From Octopus vulgaris (lineage: Eukaryota): 64,000 nt of DNA. Numbering within the stretch: the stretch's first letter is position 1; every line of letters begins with the position of its first letter. The position numbers and the translations under genes are program-made. The stretch spans positions 34,782,001 through 34,846,000 of the forward strand of contig OX597832.1 in assembly GCA_951406725.2 (NCBI GenBank), in the 5' to 3' direction. Below the pieces are notes generated by a model, which was given only the letters and a program-made list of their open reading frames with translations, was not told the origin of the DNA and did no database searches. Shown piece after piece: positions 11,832 through 24,684 of the stretch.

Positions 11832-14800
11832 CAGAGTGTCCCGAAAAGATGTATACACACTTTAGCAGCTAATAACTCAATCAATGTTTTTCTTTCCAGA
11901 TTAAACTCATTGGAATTAATGATGGCAGTCAGACTAAGCTTTGAAAAAAGGAAATTTATTCTAAATTGCTACTGAATGTGTGTAAACACAGTTGAAGTGT
12001 AAAGACAGTTTAGGAGGGAGTTTCAAATAGATCCCCTCGAATTAGAGACAAGTTTGAAGCCGATGGAACTATTCAGAATGTCAACGAGAAGCATTCCAGA
12101 TCATGAACATTGACAACCCCAAAAAAGCAAGGAGTGCTGGAAACGTGTCACCAAAATCCAAGAAAATCTATGGGGTGAGTGAGCAAGGCATGAGGTTAGG
12201 GTTAAAATTTCAAAATCGTCTGTCCAACGCATTTTGAAGTGTTGTCAATGGAAAAGTTATGTTCCAAGATTAATACATGCTATTAATGAGGATGAACCAG
12301 ACTGAAGAGTGAGTGGTACTTGGCACGATGTGTAAAAGAAGCACACTTTCCAACAAAGATTGTGTGGAGTGATGAGGCCACATTCAAATTAAATGGTTCA
12401 ATTAACTGCCACAATAGTACGTACTGGGGACCTGATTATCCATGCTATGGTGGAACATTATGTTAACCCTTTTGTTACTATATTTCTAACCAAAATATAC
12501 CCCTTATGTGTTTCAATCAATTTCTAACATAATCATGAATTTAGCCTGGTTTCATTAAACAACTATAACTTTTTTATTTATCAATATATTAATGTGATTT
12601 TTGTAAAATAATTTAACAAAAGGTTTTCAGCCAATTCTATACCATAATTTTTGTCACAAAGTGACTCTAATTGCAGGTAGATATAGGTAAATTCAATAAA
12701 ATATAAAATTATTAAAATTTTTGTTCAAACATCACTATAGAAAATGGGTTATTAGCTAATATTCAATTGGGTATACAACAAAATTTTACTATAGAAGAGT
12801 TGTGCACATTACTGGATTCATCAGGTGAATTTAAACACACAAAAGACAGGTGTACCATGAAGGTATAAGTAAAATGAAAGACTGGAATTTGTCTGTGAAG
12901 AAAACTAGAAAGCAAAATAAACACACACCATCAACTAGATTAAATAAGCTCTCCCACATACAATAATGTATAGATACATACATAGATACAATAATGATTT
13001 AAAAAAGAAATTAATCAAAATTCGTCACTCACCTTACAGGTAAATTAAAATTACACAAAGAAAAAGAAAAAACGAATAAAATTTGAAAATATTTATAAAA
13101 TCAAATCACACATATATACAAATCAAACAATATTCCTATCATGAAAACTTGTAAAGCACCCTACTCTACATAATGCAACCTTGCAGAATGCACATTGGAA
13201 AGTTAGGGTTCAACAACCCTTCCACTAGGAGCTTTCCTTTTTTGATGAAGGCATTCGTGACACTGCTTTTTGCGACCCTCGATTTTTTCTAATTTATGGA
13301 GATCAGCTGAATTGAGAGGGATATTCCTCAGGCACGCTTTGTTTTTTATCCCTACATTTATTTTTTGAGGATTAACTAGCTCTTAGTTGCGTTGCTATAT
13401 CTGCATCGCTATCAATCCGGTCCCGATTTGGTATATAGTATAAATGCATTAGTAATACTCATGTTTACTATATACCAAACCAGGTATCGCCACCATTTAT
13501 TCCCCGGTCTGCCAACTGGATAGTAAGACATCATCTGATTCAGCTGATCTACACCACCTATGTACCTGTTATAATCGAGGTTCACAAACGGCATGCCATT
13601 TTCATCCACATGTGGCCGTGCACAGGTAGACAGAAAATTGATCTGCCTCTTATCTCTGTATGCGGTCGCTAGCAAATTTCCTTTCTGCCGTTGAATTATT
13701 TCACCTTTTTTTTAAATTTTGCTTTTTTATATAAAATGGCAGTCCTTTTCTACTAGCGATTACTGTAGCACATGTATGTGTAGCCACAGTATCTAAATTC
13801 TCCGCAAGTTTGACCGAACTGAAAAATTGGTCAAATAATAATAAACAGCCCTGGTTATGGTATGGAAGGGATAAATTCCAGACCACATCATACCCTAGGC
13901 CATGCTGACTTACATAATTGTCTCTTTTTCCAGTATAAAATTCAAATCCCGAGCAGTAACCAGTATTTGATTCACAAATCTTCCTAACTTTGATCTCCCC
14001 TTTTTGTGGGCTTTCCTGGCATATATTGTCAAAAATGCACTCGGCTTTTATAGCCCACCATACCCTCATCAATAGATAAATATCTCCATAGTTTATAAAC
14101 AGTTTTATATGTCTTTTGAACACAGTCAATGAGGGGTGTTATTTTAAATAAGGGATCAAAGTCTGGTTCTCCACGCACTGGTGTACTGCTTGTGTCTCTT
14201 ACATGTAAATACTGAGTCAATTTCAAAAATCGTGTCCTCGTCATTATACTTGAGACATATTCATCTCTAAAGGGCTCATCGCAACTCCAGTAAATTGTTA
14301 TTCTGGGTAACTTTCTAAAACCCATAATAATATTTATGGCAAAATATGCCTTAATTTCATTTAAGCTAGTGGGAAACCACAAACTATCCTTTTTTTCGCT
14401 TTGTTTACTTTCAGTGTAACGGTTTGTTTCCGCCGTAATGATTTCAAATAGGCTCATTGGAAAAAGTAAAAAGAAATAGTCTAACACGTTACTCTCCTTA
14501 GAAAGACTGTAACTTGGTCCAGTTTCTTCAGAACAATCACTGAAAGAAACAGTTTTTAAATTTTCACTCCATTCAGGAGCCAATTCGTTTTCTTTATCGC
14601 TTTCACTTTGGGAAAATGAAACATCAGATTCATTACCAAATACCACGTGCTTTTTTCTTTTTCAGTCATAGAGTTAGATTTATCAAGGTCTTCAGTGGAA
14701 AATCCTTCGAATTCTGACTCACTGTTTGACAGAATGAAATTCATATCCATTTTTTGTCAGAATTACAAATTTTGAAAACACAACAGGAACAAATTTGGAA

Positions 14801-15626
14801 ATCAATCTCCCAAAATTCACAGAATGAAAATTATATGTCGATTGTTGTACAAAACTGTAGATGAACTGTTTACGAAGTATAATCACATATTTTCATGAAT
14901 GTACTGAGATTGCTCTGATATTCTCATTTTAATATGAATAGGTGATTATGGGCGGTTTTGGGTGGCTTGGTCAAATGAACCAAAATTTTTTCGGGTAGCA
15001 TTGGGCGGTTTGGTAACGAAAGGGTTAATTTACCATGAGTTACAGTGAGATGTTGCTTATCATCAAGAGGATTAATTGGACCATTCTTTTTTGATGCTAC
15101 TGTGACTGGTCCTGTTTACTTAAACTTGCTGCAAATCTGTCATGCCAAGCATTAGAGAAGACTTTGAAGATGAGGAGTTTTATTTTCAGCAATATGGGGC
15201 ACCTCTCACACAACCATTGCAATGTTAGATCTTTCCTTGATGAGATCCTGCCAAACAGGTGGAATGGACATAGGGGTTTCATTGAATACCCTCTCCATTC
15301 ACCAGACCTCACACCTCTAGACTTATTTTATGTGAGTACCTAAAAGACAAAGTCTATGCTATGAAACCTGCAACAGTCAGATTTGAGCAGTCATTGAATG
15401 AGAATGCATGCAAATACGAAACAAATTGTTTCGTGATGTTTGTGATTCTAATGCTTTGTGTTGTCACCAGTGCCTGGGCCAGAACAGATGTCAATCTGAA
15501 AACAGGCATAGATAAAACAATTAGATAATGCCTGTAGAATCCAGTCAATTTTAAAAATGAAATGTATTTCAATAAACACCTACTTTACAATTATTTAAAG
15601 TGTGTATACATTTTTGGGTACACCCT

Positions 15627-15627
<1 letters not shown>
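11832..15627 (+). mobile_element. Degenerate Tc1/mariner-superfamily transposon, split by a piggyBac
   Basis: TIRs cagagtgtcccgaaaagatgtatacacacttta / taaagtgtgtatacatttttgggtacaccctg with TA at the left flank. Relic motifs [11 protein letters not shown] (about 12365), [16 protein letters not shown] and SPDLTPLD. Confidence 0.85.
12467..15024 (-). mobile_element. piggyBac transposon with disrupted transposase
   Basis: TTAA target duplications at 12463-12466 and 15025-15028; TIRs CCCTTTTGTTACTA / CCCTTTCGTTACCA. Motifs LSIDEGMV, DQFFSS, YNRYIGGVDQLNQ and KWWR lie across frameshifted ORFs (about 13130-14750). Confidence 0.93.
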
Positions 15628-15688
<61 letters not shown>

Positions 15689-16397
15689 ATATATCATCAT
15701 CATCAGCATAATCATCACTTTACTGTCTGATTTTCATGCTGGAATGGGTTGGAAAAGTCATCACAATCCAAGTTATTTGTTATTAGAAGCTATTTCCCCC
15801 AAACACTAGGTGCTCATACACATCATACAAGACTATGCAGATCTCACAACCCTACACTTTCTGTACTCATTTGCCAACCATTTATCAGTGAATTTAGAGT
15901 GGATTTTATGTGACAACAGCACTAAGAAGGTTGTTGTGGCCACCAGTCTCTCAAGAAGTGGCACAATTTGATGGCTTTGTATTATGGCACCAGCACAGGA
16001 GGTGAGGTTGAAAGATTAAAGTTGAGCATACAGTCTATCCTGCGAGCTTTTTGTTACTATTTCAAACCAACAAGGTGTAAGTTATACAAATGGCAAACTA
16101 CAACAGTCTATTGTATGTTGACCAACAGATGATAGTACTAGATTGAAAAATAAGAGTGAGGGGAAGAGGGAGTGTGGGTAGGGACGGGTATGAAGGAAGA
16201 CATAAAACAGAGAGACAAACACGGAGACAGACACAGAGAAAGAAAATGAGACACACAGACAGAAAATGAGATAAGGACACAGACAAGGAAGCAGAGAGAC
16301 AAAATAGGATAGAGATAGATAAACAAGGAGACAGAGAGACAAACTAGGACACACACAGAGACAGACAAGGAGTCAGTTCTTGAATGGTTCAACTTAC

Positions 16398-16518
16398 TGA
16401 TAATGAAAAGACTCCCACTTCAAGACTTCTTGCCAAGCCTGTTCATTGTTAGCATTGTGTATTTTGACAATATATTCCATATCTTTTGGTTTGATGTCAT
16501 CTGCATGCCACTGCCATC
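16398..16518 (-). CDS. HCCS: HCCS coding exon 3 (absent from the ORF track)
   Basis: cctacag|GA TGG...TAT CA|gtaagt, 121 nt. [39 protein letters not shown] includes the heme-ligand IHNxxNE motif. Phases fit both neighbouring exons. Confidence 0.96.
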
Positions 16519-17075
16519 CTGTAGGGAGGAATAAATAAAAAGACAGAGAAGCAAGTGAGCAAAAAGCGAGACAAATAAGCAGACAACTATAGAGACAAAC
16601 AGATCATCAACATCATTTTAATGGCCACTTCCTAATGCTTCAATGGCTCAAACAGATCAACCTGAGGCAGATCTTTTTATTGCTGGATGCCTTCCCTGTC
16701 ACTTGCCCGTTTGAAAGCAAGGTAATATTTCCCTATGAGTAAACATGCTTTACTTAATGGAAGATTGGAGACAAACATTACGTGTGTGTGTGTGATCATC
16801 ATTTAATGTTCATTTTCCCAAGATGGCATGGGTTGTATGGTTTAAGAGGAAGAGGCAAGGCAGAGAGCTGTACCAGGCTCCACTTATCTGTTTTAGAACA
16901 GTTTCCACAGCTGGATGCCCTTCTTAATGCCAACCACTTTACAGTGTACTGGGTGATTTGTATGTGCTCCAGCACCAGTGATTTATATACTTTTTACACA
17001 AATACACAGATACTTTTTACACAAATACACACATGCAAGCATGCCCACACAAACACACACACAGATATACATATA

Positions 17076-17535
17076 CAAGGGTTGCACAAAATAAGGAACC
17101 ACTTTAAAATTTCAAACAAATTTCTCTTAATATGGGGTAGGACCGCCTTTGGCAGTAATTACAGCTTGAATTCTACAAGGTATGGACTCGTACAAAGTTT
17201 TAATTGTTTCCAAAGGAATGTTTGTCCATTCTTCAATTAAAACAGTCTCCAGTTCTTGCAGTGATGATGGTGGAGGATATCTACTCCTGACTTGTTTTTC
17301 TAAAATGCATCATAAATGTTCAATAATATTGAGATCTGGGGACTGGTGGCCAGATAAGATGTTCAACTTCACTAGAATGTGCCATTCACTGACAACTTCA
17401 GCTGTGTGAATTGGTGTATTATCATCCTGAAAGATTGCGTTTCCCTCCGGAAATAGTTCTGCAAACATAGGATGAATTTGATCAGATGTCATAGGATGTC
17501 AAGAATTGTCATAGGATGAATTTGATCAAATGCTT
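17076..17535 (-). mobile_element. Tc1-like transposon 3' fragment
   Basis: FQDDNTPIHTA...QSPDLNIIEHL; TIR-like end after TA at about 17076. Confidence 0.75.
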
Positions 17536-17539
17536 AAAT

Positions 17540-18815
17540 ATCAATCAGGTGGCTACGCTAACCAGGTTGATTACATTCTCACCAGGCAGTGGGATGCATG
17601 GTTGCTCTTAAATATAAAGACCCCCTCTGGTGAAGAATGTATCTCCCAGCATAGACTCGTCACTAGTGACTTTATACTTTAAGTCAGAAGGATGCCAAAA
17701 AGCAGACCAATCTGGAAAAGAAGGATTTGGAAGCTTAAGGACCCTTCATATGGTCAGAGATTTAGGGACATCCTAATTGAGAAATTTGATGAGAGGTAGG
17801 ACATACTTGTGACATAGAGGGCAACTGGGAATTACTGCAAGACAGCTTGCTGAGTACCACAGACCAAATCTGTGGCTGGTGCAAAATCCCTTCCAGACCT
17901 AGGGAAATGTGATGGTGGAATGATGCAGTTGACAGGGCCAGTAGTGCAAAGAAAGGGGCCTGGAAGAAATGGAAGAGTGGGGGTAGCAGGGAACTGTATC
18001 AGAAAGCCAGAAAGGAAGCTAGTAGACAAATATATGTAGTTAAAGGAGAAGCAGGAAAGAAGTTTGCGTTTGTTCAGCAATGTAAGGATGAAAGAACTCA
18101 AGTGCTTTGGATTGCAAGACAGTGTGTGAGAGAAAATCGTGATGTCATAGGAGAGAAATGTGTCAAAATGCATGATGGTGCATTTGCATCTAATGATTCT
18201 GCAAAGGAAGAGACTTGGAAATGCCATAATGAAAGACTGCTGAATGTGGAGAATGAAAGGGAAGAGGAGAGTCTGCCAAATGTTGACCCAATTGAGGGAC
18301 CAGCTACCCGAATCAACAGTACCCTGGTAGATAAAGCAATTAAGGATATGAAGACAGGGAAAGCCCCTTGATCCATCATGATTAAAATATCTGGTGCTGT
18401 GGATTACGGTCCAGTCAGATGTATTGTAAATCAAATTGTTGGATAAGATGATGAATCTTAGAGAGTCATAGCCCAACTAATTAGGGAGAGAGTTAACCTA
18501 ATTTGCCTAATTAGTCTATTGCAGCTTCCCAGCTTTGCCTGGTGTAAGCTATGGACACAAAAAGTGCTGCAATATCAAAGGAAGGTTGATTTTTTTTGTG
18601 TGGCAGATGCACAGGTGCAATAAATACTGAAGAGATACAGAAAACAGATTCCATCACATGCCAGAGGGAAAAACTTGAAGTAGTTCATAGTTTCCATTAC
18701 CTAAGTGACTAAGTCAGTGGGGGTGAGGAATGATCTGAGAGTGTAGCTGCTAGAATAAGAATAGCCAGGGCGAAGGTTAGAGACCCCCTACCTCTGCTGG
18801 TAACAAAGGGCCTTT
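17540..18815 (+). mobile_element. Old, internally deleted RTE LINE fragment
   Basis: NQVDYILTR endonuclease end, AIKDMKTGKAP, remains of the PHD insert and RIRIA; homologous to 7304-9723. Confidence 0.8.
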
Positions 18816-19096
18816 TGCATTAGCAAAGAGTCATATATTATCGCAAAACAAAAACCTCTTTTGAATGCTTCCACCACAGATGACACTACTACAAGGGCCA
18901 TAGAATAATACCCATGCAAATATTAAAAACGATATATTCAGAACAGTCGCTACCCATGAATTAATTCAGAAGAATTCCAATCAATACTGCTATTACCACA
19001 ACATGTCACTTTTAGCTCCTCTTGAGCATTGAGCATTGCTAGCATGGAAAACGGATCTTAAACGATGATGATGATATGTATGTATATATATATATA

Positions 19097-22000
19097 TATC
19101 ATCATCATCATCATTTAACGTCCGCTTTCCATGCTAGCATGGGTTGGACGGTTCAACTGGGGTCTGGGGAGCCCGAAAGCTGCACCAGTCCAGTCAGATC
19201 TGGCAGTGTTTCTACAGCTGGATGCCCTTCCTAACGCCAACCACTCCGAGAGTGTAGTGGGTGATTTTATGTGCCACCGACACAGGTGCCAGACGAGGCT
19301 GGCAAACGGCCACGCTCGGATGGTGTTTTTTATGTGCCACCGACACAGGTGCCAGACGAGGCTGGCAGACGGCCACGCTCGGATGGTGTTTTTTATGTGC
19401 CACCGACACAGGTGCCAGACGAGGCTGGCAGACGGCCACGCTCGGATGGTGTTTTTATGTGCCACCGACACAGGTGCCAGACGAGGCTGGCAGACGGCCA
19501 CGCTCGGATGGTGTTTTTATGTGCCACCGACACAGGTGCCAGATGAGGCTGGCAAACGGCCACGATCGGATGGTGCTTGTTACGTGCCCACAGCACGGAG
19601 GCCAGTCGATGCGGTACTGGCTACGGCCACGTTCGGATGGTTTTCTTATGTGCCACCAGCACTGGTACCACAAAGATACAAATTCCATTGATGTTCATCT
19701 ATTTTGATTTGTTTTGATTTTCACTTGCCTCAACAGGTCTTCACAAGTGTCACAAGAAGGAAGGTATGCACAGGTGGACTGACTACGTCCCAGGTTATGG
19801 CCTGACTAGTCTTGCCGGGTCTTCGGATGGTGTTTTTATGTGCCACCGACACAGGTGCTAGATGAGGCTGGCGAACGGCCACGATCGGATGGTGTTTGTC
19901 ATGTGCCCACCGCACTGACTACAGCACTGATGGATTTCTTGTGTGCCACAGGCACTGGTACCACAAGATACAAATTCCATTGATGTTCATCTATTTTGTC
20001 TATTTTGATTTGATTTGATTTTGATTTTCACTTGCCTCAACCGGTCTTCACAAGTGTCACAAGAAGGAAGGTATGCACAGGTGGACTGACTAGTCTTGCC
20101 GGGTCTTCGGAAGGTGTTTTTATGTGCCACCGACACAGGTGCCAGATGAGGCTGGCGAACGGCCATGATCGGATGGTGTTTGTTACGTGCCCACAGCACG
20201 GAGGCCGGTCGATGCGGAACTGGCTACGGCCACGTTCGGATGGTTCTCTTGTGTGCCACCGGCACTGGTACCACAAAGTGTGTGCCACCGGCACTGGTAC
20301 CACAAAGATACAGATTCCATTGATGTTCATCTATTTTGATTTGTTTTGATTTTCACTTGCCTCAACAGGTCTTCACAAGTGTCACAAGAAGGAAGGTATG
20401 CACAGGTGGACTGACTAGTCTTGCCGGGTCTTCGGAAGGTGTTTTTATGTGCCACCGACACAGGTGCCAGATGAGGCTGGCGAACGGCCATGATCGGATG
20501 GTGTTTGTTACGTGCCCACAGCACGGAGGCCGGTCGATGCGGAACTGGCTACGGCCACGTTCGGATGGTTCTCTTGTGTGCCACCGGCACTGGTACCACA
20601 AAGTGTGTGCCACCGGCACTGGTACCACAAAGATACAGATTCCATTGATGTTCATCTATTTTGATTTGTTTTGATTTTCACTTGCCTCAACAGGTCTTCA
20701 CAAGTGTCACAAGAAGGAAGGTATGCACAGGTGGACTGACTACGTCCCAGGTAGGGGCCATGGGTTATGGCCTGACTAGTCTTGCCGGGTCTTCGGATGG
20801 TGTTTTTATGTGCCACCGACACAGGTGCTAGATGAGGCTGGCGAACGGCCACGATCGGATGGTGTTTGTCATGTGCCCACAGCAAGGAGGCCAGTCGATG
20901 CGGTACTGGCTATGGCCACTTTCGGATGGTTTTCTCTTGTGTGCCACCGGCACTGGTACCACAAAGATACAAATTCCATTGATGTTCATCTATTTTGATT
21001 TGTTGTGATTTGATTTTGATTTTGATTTTCACTTGCCTCAACAGGCCTTCACAAGTATCACAAGGAGGAAGGTATGCACAGGTGGACTGACTACGTCCCA
21101 GGTAAGGGCCATGGTTTATGGCCTGACTAGTCTTGCCGGGTCTTCGGAAGGTGTTTTTATGTGCCACCGACACAGGTGCTAGATGAGGCAGGCGAACGGC
21201 CACGACCGGATGGTGTTTGTTATGTGCCCACAGCACGATGGCCAGTGATGCGGTACTGACTACGGCCATGTTCGGATGGATTCTTGTGTGCCACCGGCAC
21301 TGGTACCACAAGCGGTACTGACTACTTTTTATGTGCCACCGACACAGGTGCTAGATGAGGCTGGCGAACGGCCACGACCGGATGGTGTTTGTTATGTGCC
21401 CACAGCACGATGGCCAGTGATGCGGTACTGACTACGGCCACGTTCGGATGGATTCTTGTGTGCCACCGGCACTGGTACCACAAGCGGTACTGACTACGGC
21501 CACGTTCGGATGGATTCTTGTGTGCCACCGGCACTGGTACCACAAGCGGTACTGACTACGGCCACGTTCGGATGGATTCTTGTGTGCCACCGGCACTGGT
21601 ACCACAAGGATACAAATTCCATTGATGTTCATCTATTTTGATTTGTTTTGATTGATTTGATTTTCACTTGCCTCAGCAGGTCTTCACAAGTGTCACAAGA
21701 AGGAAGGTACAGGTGGACTGACTACGTCCCAGGTAGGGCCCACGGGTTATGACCTGACTAGTCTTGCCGGGTCTTCGGATGGTGTTTTTATGTGCCACCA
21801 TGTTCCCACAGCACGGAGGCCAGTCGATGCGGTACTGGCTACGGCCACGTTCGGATGGTTTTCTTGTGTGCCACAGGCACTGGTACCACAAGATACAAAT
21901 TCCATTGATGTTCATCTATTTTGATTGATTTTCACTTGCCTCAGCAGGTCTTCACAAGTGTCACAAGAAGGAAGGTATGCACAGGTGGATCGACTACGTC

Positions 22001-22222
22001 CCAGGTAGGGGCCACGGGATATGGCCTGACTAGTCCTGCCGGGTCCTCTCATGCACAGCACACTTCCATAGGACTCGGTCTTCAGTCATTTCCTTGGTGA
22101 GACCTAAAGTTCGAAGGTCGTGCTTCACCACCTCGTCCCAGGTTTTCCTGGGTCTACCTCTTCCACAGGTTCCCTCAACTGCTAGGGTGTAGCACTTTTG
22201 CACACAACTATCTTCAGCCATT
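19097..22222 (-). mobile_element. RTE LINE 3' end with greatly expanded tandem-repeat 3' UTR
   Basis: C-terminal peptide [17 protein letters not shown]...RTRQD* ends at 22030, followed by about 2.9 kb of nested repeats and a (GAT)n tail at about 19100. Confidence 0.9.
19266..22000. repeat. Higher-order tandem array: 62-63 bp units inside about 270-350 bp units
   Basis: Five 62-63 bp copies at 19269-19580 and three 62 bp copies at 21422-21605. The anchor cacttgcctca recurs near 19722, 20029, 20354, 20679, 21030, 21665 and 21932. Confidence 0.92.
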
Positions 22223-22257
22223 ATATATATATATATATATACATAAATATAATATAT

Positions 22258-23993
22258 AAAGTAGAGGTTGGGGTCCACCAGGGTTCAGTACTCAGCCCCC
22301 TCCTATTTATCATAGTCCTCCAGGCAATAACAGAGGAATTCAAGACAGGTTGCCCCTGGGAGCTCCTCTATGCTGACGACCTCGCTCTAATTGCTGAGTC
22401 ACTATCAGAACTGGAGGAGAAGTTCCAGGTGTGGAAGGAGGGTTTAGAATCGAGGGGCCTTAGAGTCAACCTAGCTAAAACCAAAGTACTAATAAGTAGA
22501 AAGGTAGGCAATCCACAAATGTCCTCAGGAAGATGGCCCTGCTCGATCTGTAGAAAAGGTGTAGGTAGAAACTCTATAAGATGTACCCAGTGTAAGCTAT
22601 GGACACATAAGAGGTGCAGCAATGTCAAAGGTAGGCTAACTGGGAAGATAGTTTTTATATGTGGCAGATGCTCGGGAGCATTGACCTCCGAAAATCTGCA
22701 GAAAACAACTTCCGTCACTTTCCAGGGGGAAAAATTAGAAGTAGTTGATAGCTTCCGTTATCTAGGTGACCAAGTCAGTAGTGGGGGTGGGTGCGCTGAG
22801 AGTGTAACTGCTAGAATAAGAATAGCCTGGGCAAAGTTTAGGGAGCTCTTACCTCTGCTGGTGACTAAAGGCCTCTCGCTCAGAGTAAAGGGCAGACTGT
22901 ATGATGCATGTGTTCGAACTGCCATGCTACATGGCAGTGAAACATGGGCCGCGACTGCTGAGGACATGCGTAAGCTCATGAGGAATGAAGCCAGTATGCT
23001 CCGATGGATGTGTAATGTCAGTGTACTTACTCGACAGAGCGTTAGTTCCCTGAGAGAAATGTTGTACCTAAGAAGCATCAGTTGTTGCGTGCAAGAGAGA
23101 CGATTGCGCTGGTATGGTCATGTGGCGAAAATGGATGAAGATAGGTGTGTGAGAAAGTGCCAATCCCTAGCAGTTGAGGGAACCCGTGGAAGAGGTAGAC
23201 CCAGGAAAACCTGGGACGAGGTGGTGAAGCACAACCTTCGAACGTTAGGTCTCACCATGGAAATGACTAGAGACCGAGACCTATGGAAGTATGCTGTGCG
23301 TGAGAAGACCCGGCAAGACTAGTGAAGCCATAACCCGTGGCCTCTACCTGGGACGTAGTCAGTCCACCTGTGCATACCTTCCTGCTTGTGACACTTGTGA
23401 AGACCTGTTGAGGCAAATCAAATCAAAGTCAAATCGAATCAAGTCAAACCAAATCAAAATAGATGAACATCAATGGAATTTGTATCCTTGTGGTACCAGT
23501 GCCGGTGGCACATAAGAAAACCATCCAAACGGGACCGTAGCCAGTACCGCATCGACTGGCCTCCGTGCCGTGGTCACGTAACAAACACCATCCGATCGTA
23601 GCCGTTCGGCAGCCTTGTCTGGCACCTGTGTCGGTGGCACATAAGGAAAACACCATATCCGAGCGTGGCCGTCTGCCAGCCTCGTCTGGCACATAAAAAA
23701 CACCTTCCGAGCGTGGCCGTCTGCCAGCCTCGTCTGGCACCTGTGTCGGTGGCACATAAAAAACACCATCCGAGCGTGGCCGTCTGCCAGCCTCGTCTGG
23801 CACCTGTGTTGGTGGCACATAAAATCACCCACTACACTCTCGGAGTGGTTGGCGTTAGGAAGGGCATCCAGCTGTAGAAACACTGCCAGATCTGACTGGC
23901 CTGGTGTAGCCTTCGGGCTTGCCAGACCCCAGTTGAACCATCCAACCCATGCTAGCATGGAAAGCGGACGTTAAACGATGATGATGATGATGA
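22258..23993 (+). mobile_element. Young 5'-truncated RTE LINE with open RT C-terminal half
   Basis: Uninterrupted frame [13 protein letters not shown]...LYADDL...PHD-like...FRYLG...GRGRPRKTW* (stop 23322), 3' UTR repeats and (GAT)n tail. (TA)n at both flanks. Confidence 0.93.
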
Positions 23994-24684
23994 TATATAT
24001 ATACATATATGCATATATATACATATGTATATGTACATACTTACATCCATATGTATATATTTATGCATAAGTGGGCATAGGATGTTATATAACACCATAC
24101 CTCAAATATTTAATCATATATATAAATATTACTATGGTTCTTAAACATCTAAAAAGAATATATATATATATTTATACATAAAAACACAGAAGGTAAAAAT
24201 GTATATGTGAATAAAATACAAATAGAACGGCCTATCAAAAAGCTAAATATAAACAACTAAAAATTCATAAAAACTCTCGAGTGTACCATACTACCAAAAA
24301 ACTCATAAACTAAGATAAAATATAGTTTCAAACAATTAAAGATGTTTTATCAAACGATTAAAATTATTATAAAATATTTTTTTTTACTCCCCTCACACAA
24401 AGTACGTTCAAAGTTCAATTTTTAAAACCATGGTAGATTAGAGTTCATGAGCAAACAGACTTCCACAAGGTCAATTCAAATACATCAATGGCCATTTTGA
24501 GAGCTCACCACTTCGGTTCAATTACAATAGGGTGCATCATGGCAATGACCCCCTCATCAAAATGAACAGGAAACAGGAACTACACACAGAGCAAAACAAA
24601 AAAGTGCATGGCTAATTTTAAAGAAAAACCTATCAGCAGACTAGTCCAAATTTTCTAACACTAAAAAAAAAAAAAAATATTTAT

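Noticed and set aside
19266-19580. CRISPR-like regular array
   Set aside because: Units are contiguous near-identical tandem repeats with no unique spacers, there are no cas genes, and they lie in a LINE 3' UTR.
19860-19880. AGATGAG...GCGAA in the RTE UTR repeat resembling a hammerhead core
   Set aside because: Lacks CUGA and GAAA and is antisense to the element; better explained as the repeat's own hairpin.
19115-21915. Many overlapping ORFs (MCHRHRCQ, VPPTQVP repeats)
   Set aside because: Translations of the stop-poor tandem repeat in several frames; no sign of a real protein.
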